Assembly (NCBI GenBank): GCA_963702105.1
Contig: OY969712.1
Span: forward strand, 4,617,971-4,681,970
From: an uncultured Gammaproteobacteria bacterium
Lineage (GTDB): Bacteria > Pseudomonadota > Gammaproteobacteria > Steroidobacterales > Rariloculaceae
Length of the DNA: 64,000 nucleotides
Reading direction: 5' to 3'
Part shown: positions 44,141 through 52,504 of the stretch, in pieces
Numbering within the stretch: the stretch's first letter is position 1
How the letters are laid out: the number at the start of each line of letters is the position of its first letter
Notes under the pieces: generated by a model
The model's database searches: none
What the model was told of the DNA's origin: nothing
Seen by the model: the letters and a program-made list of their open reading frames with translations, nothing else
Program-made: the position numbers and the translations under genes

Positions 44141-46713
44141 CGAGGTGCTTTCACTGCGGCGAACCCGTGCCCGCAGGCGCGGACTTCGCCGTCACGATCG
44201 CGGGCGAGCGGCGCGCCATGTGCTGCCCCGGCTGTGCCGCAGTGGCCGAGGCCATCGAACGCAACGGCCTCGCGCGGTTCTACGCCTATCGAGAGGCGCC
44301 GAGCCGCCGCCCCGAGCGCGATGCGGCGCAGGACGACTATCGTGTCTACGACCGCCCTGCTCTGCGCGAGCGGCTCACGGCCGACGCGGGCGAAGGGCAG
44401 CGCGAGCTGCGCTGCACGGTCGGCGGCCTGACCTGTGCGGCCTGCGCTTGGCTCCTCGGCACCGGACTGCGGCGGCTCGAAGGTGTCGTGGACGCGGGCG
44501 TCAATCCGCTCTGCGCCGAGGCCTGGGTCCGCTTCGACGCGGCCAAGATCGAGCCGAGCCGCGTGCTCGCCGAAATCGCCGAGCTCGGGTTCGATCCGCG
44601 GCCTCGCGCGCTCGGCGGGCCGTCCGCGAGCGCGCGCCACCGCGAGCGCGACGCCGCCGAGCGGCGCGCCGCGCTCAAGCGCCTCGCCGTCGCGGGCTTC
44701 GGCGCGGCCCAGGTCATGACGTTCGGCGCGGCGCTCTATCTCGGCGCGGCCAAGCACATGAGCGCGACGTTCGAGTCGTTCTTCGAGCTCGTGAGCCTGC
44801 TCGTCGCGACCCCCGTCGTGCTCTACGCGGGCGCGCCGATCTTCGCGGCGGCGTGGGGGGAGCTTCGCCGCGGCAGGCTCGGCATGGACGTGCCCGTCGC
44901 GCTCGCCGTCGGCGGCGCGCTCGCCGCAAGCCTGTTCAACGCGCTGCGCGGACGCGGCACGGTTTATTTCGATTCTGCAACGATGTTTGTATTCTTCCTG
45001 ACCCTGGGGCGCTTCCTCGAAGCGCGCGCGCGGCACGAGGCCGGCTCGGTGTTCGACGCCCTCGCGGACCTGCTGCCCCTTGCCGCGCTGCGCCGTCGCG
45101 AGGGGCGCCTCGAAGCAGTAGGCACGCTGGAGCTCGAGCGCGGCGACCGGGTCGTCGTGAGCCCCGGCGAGGCGCTGCCCGCGGACGGCGTACTCATGAG
45201 CGCTGCCGAGCTCGACGAAGCGATCCTGAGCGGGGAGTCTCGCCCGCAGCAGCGCCGGCCCGGCGAAGCGGCGCTCGCGGGCAGCCTCAACGCGGGCAGC
45301 GCGCCCGTCGAGATCGAGGTCACGGGGCTTGGCGCGGAGACGTATGTCGGGCGCATCGGCGGCATGCTGGCCCAGGCCACGACCGCGCGGCCCGAGTTCG
45401 TGCGCACGGCCGATCGCGTCGCGGCCTGGTTCGTCGCGGCCGTGCTTGCGGCGACGGCCGTCGTGACCGGGATCTGGTGGCACGTGCAGCCCGGGCGCGC
45501 GTTCGACGTCGCCCTCGCCATGCTCGTCGCGACCTGCCCGTGCGCGTTGTCCCTCGCGACGCCGGCCGCGTTCTCCGTCGCACTCGCCGCGCTCGCACGC
45601 CGCGGGCTGCTGCTGCGCTCGACCCGCGCGCTCGAGCGCATCGGCGACGTAAACTGCTGGGTGTTCGACAAGACCGGCACGCTGACCGAAGGCGCGCTCG
45701 CGATCGCCCGCGTCGACACCTTTGGCGACCTTGCCGCGAACGCCTGCCTCGAGGCGGCCGCGGCGCTCGACGCCGGCGTCGAGCACCCGCTCGCGCGCGC
45801 GTTCGCCTCGGCCCGTGCTTCCGCGCGCGCCCCTGAGCCCGGGGAGGCGCCGGCTGGCCCCTTCGCGCTCGCCGAGGACGTGCGCTTCACGCCCGGGCAA
45901 GGCGTCGCGGGTAATTTCGCGGGCCGCCGCCTGCGCCTCGGCTCGCGCCGGTTCGTGCTCGGCTCCGAGCCGCCGGGCACGGACCGCGCGGCCGGGCCGC
46001 GGCTGCGGCCTCTGCCGCCCGCGGCGCAGGCCTCCGCGTCCGCGCCCGCGGCCGGCGAGTCGGCCGTCGCGGTCTATCTCGGCGACGAGCGCGGCGCGCT
46101 CGCGCGCTTCACGCTCGAAGACGCTCTGCGCCCGAGCGCGGCGCCCGCCGTGGCGGCGTTGCGGCGCGAAGGCCAGGCCGTCTCGATCGTGAGCGGCGAC
46201 GACGCGCGGACCGTGGCCGCGACGGCCGCCGCGCTCGGCGGCCTCGACTGGCACGCGGCGCAGACGCCCGACCGCAAACTCGCTTTCGTCGAGGACCGGC
46301 AGCGCCGGGGACATGTCGTCGCGGCCGTCGGCGACGGCATCAACGACGTGCCGCTGCTCGCGCGCGCGGACCTCTCGATCGCCGTCGTCGAAGGCAGCCG
46401 ACTCGCGCAGGCGAGCGCCGACGTCGTGTTCACGGGCACGGACCTCACGCTGCTGCCGCTCCTCGTCGAGGCCGGCCGCTCGACGCGCGCCGTCATCCGG
46501 CAGAACCTCACGTGGGCCGTGCTGTACAACTCGCTCGCACTGCCCGCCGCCGCGCTGGGCCTGCTCGCCCCGTGGGCCGCCGCGCTCGGCATGTCCGTGA
46601 GCTCGCTCGTCGTCGTCATGAACGCGCTGCGCCTGCGCCGTCTGCTCGGCGCCCGCCCTGCAGCGCCCAAGCGAACCGAGAGCAGCCTGCGTCTGCACGA
46701 GGCGACGGCATGA
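44137..46713 (+). CDS. ccoI: copper-translocating P-type ATPase CcoI/FixI
   Basis: GTG 44137 overlaps the ccoH stop (GTGA). CFHCGEPV..CCPGCAAV N-terminal metal sites, TCPCAL, FDKTGTLT, GDGINDVP. The upstream 175 codons of ORF 43612..46713 overlap ccoH and were rejected. Confidence 0.9.
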   Translation: MTRCFHCGEPVPAGADFAVTIAGERRAMCCPGCAAVAEAIERNGLARFYAYREAPSRRPERDAAQDDYRVYDRPALRERLTADAGEGQRELRCTVGGLTCAACAWLLGTGLRRLEGVVDAGVNPLCAEAWVRFDAAKIEPSRVLAEIAELGFDPRPRALGGPSASARHRERDAAERRAALKRLAVAGFGAAQVMTFGAALYLGAAKHMSATFESFFELVSLLVATPVVLYAGAPIFAAAWGELRRGRLGMDVPVALAVGGALAASLFNALRGRGTVYFDSATMFVFFLTLGRFLEARARHEAGSVFDALADLLPLAALRRREGRLEAVGTLELERGDRVVVSPGEALPADGVLMSAAELDEAILSGESRPQQRRPGEAALAGSLNAGSAPVEIEVTGLGAETYVGRIGGMLAQATTARPEFVRTADRVAAWFVAAVLAATAVVTGIWWHVQPGRAFDVALAMLVATCPCALSLATPAAFSVALAALARRGLLLRSTRALERIGDVNCWVFDKTGTLTEGALAIARVDTFGDLAANACLEAAAALDAGVEHPLARAFASARASARAPEPGEAPAGPFALAEDVRFTPGQGVAGNFAGRRLRLGSRRFVLGSEPPGTDRAAGPRLRPLPPAAQASASAPAAGESAVAVYLGDERGALARFTLEDALRPSAAPAVAALRREGQAVSIVSGDDARTVAATAAALGGLDWHAAQTPDRKLAFVEDRQRRGHVVAAVGDGINDVPLLARADLSIAVVEGSRLAQASADVVFTGTDLTLLPLLVEAGRSTRAVIRQNLTWAVLYNSLALPAAALGLLAPWAAALGMSVSSLVVVMNALRLRRLLGARPAAPKRTESSLRLHEATA

Positions 46714-46865
46714 ACATCCTCTTCGTGCTCGTACCGCTCGGCGTCATGGGCATGGCCATCGCGATCTGGGCGTTCTTCTGGGCCGTGCGCAGCGGTCAGT
46801 TCGACGACCTCGACACCCCTCCGCTCGATATCCTGCTGGACGATACAGAACATGACCCACGTTGA
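46710..46865 (+). CDS. ccoS: cbb3 oxidase maturation protein CcoS/FixS
   Basis: 51 aa (MNILFVLVPLGVMGMAIAIWAFFWAVRSGQFDDLD..). ATG overlaps the ccoI stop (ATGA). Confidence 0.85.
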   Translation: MNILFVLVPLGVMGMAIAIWAFFWAVRSGQFDDLDTPPLDILLDDTEHDPR

Positions 46866-47616
46866 CGCCGCTCTGCTCGCCGCGGCGTGGGTCGCCGGCT
46901 TCGCGGGCAGCGGCCACTGCCTCGGCATGTGCGGCGGCATCGCGGCGAGCGTGAGCCTCGGCGGGCGGCGCACGCGCGGCGCCGCCGCCGCGCTGTTCGC
47001 GGCGACGCATGCGGGCCGCATCTTCTCCTACGCGGTCGCGGGCGCCGCCGTCGGCCTGGCCGGTGCCGCGGCCGCGGCGCCCTTCGGCGGCCACGGTCTC
47101 TCAGCGCTGCGCCTCGCGGGCGCCGTGCTGGTCACCGCGGTCGGGCTGCAGCTGCTGCTCGGGCGGCGGCTGCTCGCGCCCGTCGAACGCCTCGGCGCGC
47201 GGCTCTGGACGCTCGCGGCGCGGCCGCTGCGCGGCCTGGTGCCGCCGCGCGGACCCGGGCGGGCATTTGCGCTCGGCGCGCTTTGGGGCTGGCTGCCCTG
47301 CGGGCTCGTCTACGCCGAGCTCACGGTCGCGGCCGTCGCGGGCGGCGCCTTGCAAGGCGCCGCCGTGATGTCGGCCTTCGGCCTCGGCACCGTTCTCGGC
47401 TTCTCCGCGCTCGGCATGCTGCTGCAGGCACTGCGGCCGAGGCGCCTGCCGCGGCAGCTAGGGGGTGCATTGCTGTTGCTGCTCGGGCTCTGGATCGCGC
47501 TGCCGCTCGGCGGCCACTCGATGCACGCGGTGCACGCGGTGCAGGCGATGCATACGCCGCAGACGCTGCCCGCGCAGGCCGACGGAAAGATACCCGAGCA
47601 TAGTCATCAGCATTGA
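46852..47616 (+). CDS. TauE/SafE-like (COG2836-type, HCxxMCG motif) membrane protein with His-rich tail
   Basis: 254 aa. ..GSGHCLGMCGGIA.., ..LWGWLPCGLVY... C-terminal HSMHAVHAVQAMH..EHSHQH. This family commonly trails ccoS. Confidence 0.7.
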   Translation: MTHVDAALLAAAWVAGFAGSGHCLGMCGGIAASVSLGGRRTRGAAAALFAATHAGRIFSYAVAGAAVGLAGAAAAAPFGGHGLSALRLAGAVLVTAVGLQLLLGRRLLAPVERLGARLWTLAARPLRGLVPPRGPGRAFALGALWGWLPCGLVYAELTVAAVAGGALQGAAVMSAFGLGTVLGFSALGMLLQALRPRRLPRQLGGALLLLLGLWIALPLGGHSMHAVHAVQAMHTPQTLPAQADGKIPEHSHQH

Positions 47617-47694
47617 CGAGCGGCCGCGAATCCGAACCGCCCGCGCGGACGAATTCAATGGTGCGGTAACGTTCGCGTTCGCCGGGAGCCCTCA

Positions 47695-48708
47695 GTGTTC
47701 GAAGACTTCGCGCGCGTTTGGACCCCAGTCGCCTTCGCGGACCGGTTGCGCAGCGGCCGGCTCCTGCCGGTCGTCGTCGCCGGCACGCCGCTCGTGCTGT
47801 TCCGCGGTCCGGACGGAGCGCCGCGCGCCTTCGTCGACCGCTGCCCGCATCGCGGCGCGGCGCTCTCCTTGGGCCGCCTCGTCGAAGGCTGCCTCGAATG
47901 CCCTTTCCACGGCTGGCGCTTCGCGCCCGACGGCTCGAACGTGCGTGTTCCGTGGAACCCCGACGCCAGGACCGCCCGGCTCGGCGCGGACGTCGTGGCG
48001 GTCCGCGAGCTCGGCGGCTGGATATGGCTTTTCACGGCCGCGAACGAGGCGCCGCCCGCTGAGCCCTTGGTCGAGGAATATTTCCTGAACCCGAACGTCC
48101 GAGTATCGGGCACCGAGGTCTTGTGGCACGCACACTGGACGCGCGCCATGGAGAACATGCTGGACTGGCCCCATCTCGCGTTCGTACACCGCAGGACCAT
48201 CGGGCGCGAACTCGCTGCGCTCGCGGCGAAGCGGCTCGAGATCGTGCGCGACGAGCAGCCCTGGGGCGTTCGCTCGCACGCCCGCATCGACGGCGAGGAC
48301 CAGCCGGGCCGGCTCGACTACCGTTGGCCAAACCAGATGAACCTGCACATCCGGTTACGCGGCCGCAAGGTCCTGCTGGCCGTCGCGTGCGTGCCGGTCG
48401 ATCGGGCCCGCACGCGCATGCTGCTCACGATCGCGCGGCCGTTCCTGAAATCGCCGCTGCTCGATTGGGCGTTCGACTACTCGAACCGGCGCATCGCCAA
48501 GGAGGATCAGGCGATCGTCGAGTCCTCCTCGCCGCAGGAGATTCCGGAGGCGGGCGACGAGCAGTCGGTGCGCACCGACGCGCTGACGCTGCGCTTCCGC
48601 AAGGACTACTACACCCGCCTCAAGGGATCCGCGGCCGGCCGAGGCGGATCCCGGACGCCGCCGGGCCGAGGTCCTCAGGAGGAAGCCCTCCGCGAGGCCA
48701 CTCCCTGA
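47695..48708 (+). CDS. Rieske [2Fe-2S] non-heme iron oxygenase (alpha-subunit-like, PaO-type)
   Basis: GTG start. CPHRGAALS..CPFHGWRF Rieske box. ENMLDWPHLAFVH iron motif. Confidence 0.75.
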   Translation: MFEDFARVWTPVAFADRLRSGRLLPVVVAGTPLVLFRGPDGAPRAFVDRCPHRGAALSLGRLVEGCLECPFHGWRFAPDGSNVRVPWNPDARTARLGADVVAVRELGGWIWLFTAANEAPPAEPLVEEYFLNPNVRVSGTEVLWHAHWTRAMENMLDWPHLAFVHRRTIGRELAALAAKRLEIVRDEQPWGVRSHARIDGEDQPGRLDYRWPNQMNLHIRLRGRKVLLAVACVPVDRARTRMLLTIARPFLKSPLLDWAFDYSNRRIAKEDQAIVESSSPQEIPEAGDEQSVRTDALTLRFRKDYYTRLKGSAAGRGGSRTPPGRGPQEEALREATP

Positions 48709-48848
48709 GGACGCAACGACCGGCTTGCCCCGCGGTACCGACGAGGGACTTTTCGGCCGGCGATCGTCTAACCCCGACGCCCATTCGACGCGCGATGCAG
48801 GCATCATTGCGCCGGCTGCGATCGTGCCGTTGATCCGAGCGAGTCCTC

Positions 48849-50345
48849 ATGAGCCAAGAGCCCCGCGAAAAACCCGAGCAACACTCCCTGGACCCGGACG
48901 ACTGGAACTCGTGGCGCAGACAGGGGCATCGGATGCTCGACGACATGTTCGACTACCTGGAATCGCTTCGTCACCGGCCCGTGTGGCGACCGATACCGGC
49001 GGCGGTGCGGGAACGGTTCGCAGCGCCCTTGCCTCGTGAACCCGCCGAGCTGGACGAGGTCCATGAGGCGTTCATGGAATCGATCATGCCCTACGCCGTG
49101 GGCAACGCCCACCCGGGCTTCATGGGCTGGGTGCATGGCGGCGGGACGGCGGTGGGAATGTTGGCGGAGATGCTGGCCGCCGGGCTGAATGCCAACGTCG
49201 GCGGCCGGGATCAGATACCCGTCGCCGTGGAGCGGCAGGTCACGGCCTGGGTGCGCACGCTGGTCGGCTTTCCCGAGGCTGCCGACGGGCTGTTCGTGAC
49301 GGGATCGTCGATCGCGAATTTCATGGCGGTGTTGGTGGCCCGGAACTTTGCCCTTGGCGATCGCGCGCGGGAGGACGGCGTCGTCGCCGAGGGCGCTCCA
49401 TTGACGGCATACGCCTCGTCCTCCGCTCACGGCTGCATCGCGCGGGCCATGGACATGGCGGGACTCGGCACGAAGCGTTTGCGAACGGTGCCCGTCGACG
49501 CGGCCTACCGCGTCAACTTGAAGTCGCTTCGCGCGGCCATCGAGGCGGACCGTGACGCCGGTCTGCAACCGTTTCTCGTCGTGGCGACGGCCGGCACCGT
49601 CGATGTCGGTGCGATCGACGATCTTGAGGCGCTGGCCGACATCGCGGACGAGCAGCGGCTGTGGCTGCACGTGGACGGGGCGTTGGGGGCCTTGGGCAAG
49701 CTCTCCCCCCGCATCGCACCTCGGCTCGCGGGCTTGGAGCGGGCATCGTCCTTGGCATTCGATTTTCACAAGTGGGGTCAGGTGCCCTATGACGCGGGTT
49801 TCCTGCTGGTCCGCGACGGCCGCCGGCTGCAGTCGACGTTCCAGAGCCGAGCCGCGTACCTGCAACGCTACGAACGCGGCCTCGCCGCCGGCCCCGTTTG
49901 GCCCTGCGACTTGGGACCGGATCTCTCGAGAGGGTTCCGCGCGCTCAAGACCTGGTTCACGCTTCAGGTATACGGGGCGGACAGGCTCGGCAGAACGATT
50001 GCCCACAGCTGTGATCTCGCCCAGGAGCTGGCGCGAAGGATCATGGCGGAGCCGGAGCTCGAGCTCATGGCCCCCGTCGGTCTCAATATCGTCTGCTTTC
50101 GCTATCGATGCCTGAATGCTGACGCAGTGAACGCCGCGATCGCGGCGGATGTCCAGGAGTCCGGCATTTCGGCGCCGTCCACGATTGAGCTCGAGCACGG
50201 TCTCGCGATTCGCGCGGCGCTCGTGAATCATCGCACGCGGCGGGCGGACGTCGACGCCCTGGTCGACGCCGTCTTGGCCTTCGGCCGAATCCGCGCGGGC
50301 AGCGGGTGCGGAACCTGCGCCGGGCCGCGAACCGCCTCGAAGTAG
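48849..50345 (+). CDS. group II pyridoxal-phosphate-dependent amino acid decarboxylase
   Basis: 498 aa. ..HPGFMGWVHGGG.., ..LHVDGALGA.., PLP-lysine context DFHKWG. Confidence 0.8.
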   Translation: MSQEPREKPEQHSLDPDDWNSWRRQGHRMLDDMFDYLESLRHRPVWRPIPAAVRERFAAPLPREPAELDEVHEAFMESIMPYAVGNAHPGFMGWVHGGGTAVGMLAEMLAAGLNANVGGRDQIPVAVERQVTAWVRTLVGFPEAADGLFVTGSSIANFMAVLVARNFALGDRAREDGVVAEGAPLTAYASSSAHGCIARAMDMAGLGTKRLRTVPVDAAYRVNLKSLRAAIEADRDAGLQPFLVVATAGTVDVGAIDDLEALADIADEQRLWLHVDGALGALGKLSPRIAPRLAGLERASSLAFDFHKWGQVPYDAGFLLVRDGRRLQSTFQSRAAYLQRYERGLAAGPVWPCDLGPDLSRGFRALKTWFTLQVYGADRLGRTIAHSCDLAQELARRIMAEPELELMAPVGLNIVCFRYRCLNADAVNAAIAADVQESGISAPSTIELEHGLAIRAALVNHRTRRADVDALVDAVLAFGRIRAGSGCGTCAGPRTASK

Positions 50346-50416
50346 CGTGCCCTCCCCCGGCTCCCTTGCAACGTCCCGGCCCAAGCTGTCTTGCTCGAGA
50401 TAAGGATGTGTACGCC

Positions 50417-51658
50417 GTGAATGAACGGACCCCGCCGCAAAACGAAGGTGCCGGGGAATTCCTCGGGCTGGCCCGCCTCATGACCATGACCTATCACGGC
50501 GTGGATATGACGCCCATCGGTGAGCGGCTGCTCGCGCGAGCCGATGCCGGAGACGACGCGAACGCGATGATGGACCTTTCGATCCTGCTGCAACTGCGCG
50601 GCGACCCCCGGACGGCCCTGGCCGTTCAGGCGCAGGCCTTGCGCATGCAGCAGGTCTACACGCTGCCGGCCGCCACGCGGCAGCCCGGCATCCGTCTGCT
50701 GGCGCTCAAAGCCCCCGGCGAGATCATGTGGAATACGCCGTTGGAGATGCTCGTCGAGAACAGCGACATCCAGCTCGAGACCCTCTATGTAGGCGCGGGA
50801 CTGCCGCTCCCCGAGGCCTTGCCGGAGCATGATGTGATGATGGTGGCCATCGCCCAGTGCCGCGAGAACCGCCCGTTGCTGGAGATTCTGCAGGACGTGG
50901 CCGCGGACTGGCCCCGGCCGGTGATCAACCCGCCCCAATCGATCCTGCAGTTGACGCGGGACAACGCGAGCCGGCTGCTGGCGCATATTCCCGGCGTGCT
51001 CGTGCCGCGCGCCGTTCGGGCCGACCGTCCGGCCCTCGAGCATATGTGCGAGCGGCGGCTCGCCATGGCCGAGCTGTTGGAAGACGGAGACTACCCCGTA
51101 ATCATCCGGCCCGTGGACTCTCACGCCGGCCAGAACCTCGAGCGGCTCGGATCGCCGGAAGACCTGAAAGAGTACATGGGTTCAAACAGCGCCGCGGAAT
51201 TTTACGTGTCCCCCTTCGTGGACTATCGCGGCGCGGACGGCCTTTTCCGCAAATGCCGCGTCGCGATGATAGACGGCCGGCCCTACGCCAGCCACCTGGC
51301 GATTTCCGACCACTGGATGATCCACTATCTGAACGCAGGCATGGCTCGAGATGCGCAAAAGCGCGAGGAAGAAGCCGCCTTCATGGCCGGATTCGAGAGC
51401 GGTTTCGCGGTCCGCCACGAAGCGGCCCTCGAAGCCATCCACGACCGGCTCGCCCTCGATTACTTCGCGATCGACTGCGCCGAGACTGCGGATGGCCGGC
51501 TGCTCGTGTTCGAGGCGGACAGCGCGATGGTGGTGCACGTCATGGACCCCATAGAAGACTTTCCTTACAAGCACGAACACATGCCGAAGGTGTTCCGGGC
51601 GTTCCGCAGGTTGCTGGAGCAGCGCCGAAACGGCGAAGGTCGGAGCCCCGCTCGATGA
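50417..51658 (+). CDS. ATP-grasp fold ligase (RimK/glutathione synthetase-like) with helical N-terminal domain
   Basis: In ORF 50306..51658. GTG 50417 lies 9 nt after AAGGA. ..YPVIIRPVDSHAGQNL..FVDYRGADGLFRKCRVAMIDGRPYASHLA..LDYFAIDCAETADGRLLVFEADSAM.. matches the ATP-grasp core pattern. Confidence 0.6.
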   Translation: MNERTPPQNEGAGEFLGLARLMTMTYHGVDMTPIGERLLARADAGDDANAMMDLSILLQLRGDPRTALAVQAQALRMQQVYTLPAATRQPGIRLLALKAPGEIMWNTPLEMLVENSDIQLETLYVGAGLPLPEALPEHDVMMVAIAQCRENRPLLEILQDVAADWPRPVINPPQSILQLTRDNASRLLAHIPGVLVPRAVRADRPALEHMCERRLAMAELLEDGDYPVIIRPVDSHAGQNLERLGSPEDLKEYMGSNSAAEFYVSPFVDYRGADGLFRKCRVAMIDGRPYASHLAISDHWMIHYLNAGMARDAQKREEEAAFMAGFESGFAVRHEAALEAIHDRLALDYFAIDCAETADGRLLVFEADSAMVVHVMDPIEDFPYKHEHMPKVFRAFRRLLEQRRNGEGRSPAR

Positions 51659-51715
51659 TCCGCGTCGCCGCGGACGGGCACACTTCGCAGGCCGCTGCGC
51701 GCCTCCTGCCGCACG

Positions 51716-52504
51716 TCAGCCGCCGTGCCGGAAGTCCGGATACAGCAGCATGCCGCCGTCGATCGGGATCGTGATGCCCGTGATGTAGCCCGCGAGATCG
51801 CTGCACAGAAAGGCGATCGCATGGCCGATCTCGTCCGGCTCGCCGATGCGTCCCATGGGTATCTTCGCGTCCAGATCCTCGAGCCCTCTCGGGTCTTCCC
51901 AGACTTTGGCATTGATCGGCGTCTTGATGGCGCCCGGCGCCACGGCGAGCACGCGGATCCCGAGGCCGGCGACTTCCTGCGCCAACGTCTTGCTGAACAT
52001 GCTGAGCCCGGCTTTCGAGCTCGTATAGGCGCTGTAGCCGGCCCAAGGAATGAACTCGTGCACGGAGGTCGTATTGACGATGACGCCGCGACCCTGCTTG
52101 CTCATCAGCTCGACGGCGCGACGGGCGCAGTAGTATGGCCCGACGAGGTCGATCTCGACGACGTTGCGCCACTGATCGATCTCGCTTTCGGCGCAAAGAG
52201 CGCGGCGGCCGTCCGTGCCCGCGTTGTTGACGAGGATGTCGAGGCCGCCGAGCTGCTCCGAGAATTGCCGAAACGTATCGCCGACCTCGTCCGGGTCGGA
52301 GACGTTGTCCATGCGCAGCACGCTGACCTGGCCGCCGACCGTTTTTGCCGCCTCCGCGACCTTATCGGCCGCATCCGGCTTGTACCGGTACGTGATCGCA
52401 ACCCGAGCCCCGGCCTGCGCGAGAGACTTGGCCGTCGCGGCGCCGAGGCCGGAGTCGCCGCCCGTTATCAGAGCGTTGCGGCCCGTCAGATCGATTGGAA
52501 TCAT
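51716..52504 (-). CDS. SDR-family oxidoreductase (glucose 1-dehydrogenase-like)
   Basis: 262 aa from ATG 52504 (AGGAGG Shine-Dalgarno). The ATG overlaps the upstream stop (ATGA). TGGDSGLG, NNAG, YSAYTSSK motifs. Confidence 0.85.
   Translation of the reverse strand: MIPIDLTGRNALITGGDSGLGAATAKSLAQAGARVAITYRYKPDAADKVAEAAKTVGGQVSVLRMDNVSDPDEVGDTFRQFSEQLGGLDILVNNAGTDGRRALCAESEIDQWRNVVEIDLVGPYYCARRAVELMSKQGRGVIVNTTSVHEFIPWAGYSAYTSSKAGLSMFSKTLAQEVAGLGIRVLAVAPGAIKTPINAKVWEDPRGLEDLDAKIPMGRIGEPDEIGHAIAFLCSDLAGYITGITIPIDGGMLLYPDFRHGG

Noticed and set aside
44014-46698. 894-aa ORF antisense to ccoI. Similar long antisense or alternate-frame ORFs occur at 52495..54942 (+), 41778..43556 (-), 22680..24053 (-), 30405..32234 (+), 1292..2575 (+), 5482..7257 (+), 17319..18854 (+) and 48804..50384 (-).
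   Set aside because: All are Arg/Ala/Gly/Pro-rich low-complexity translations opposite or overlapping genes with clear family motifs. I treat them as GC-driven stop-codon-poor frames rather than genes.
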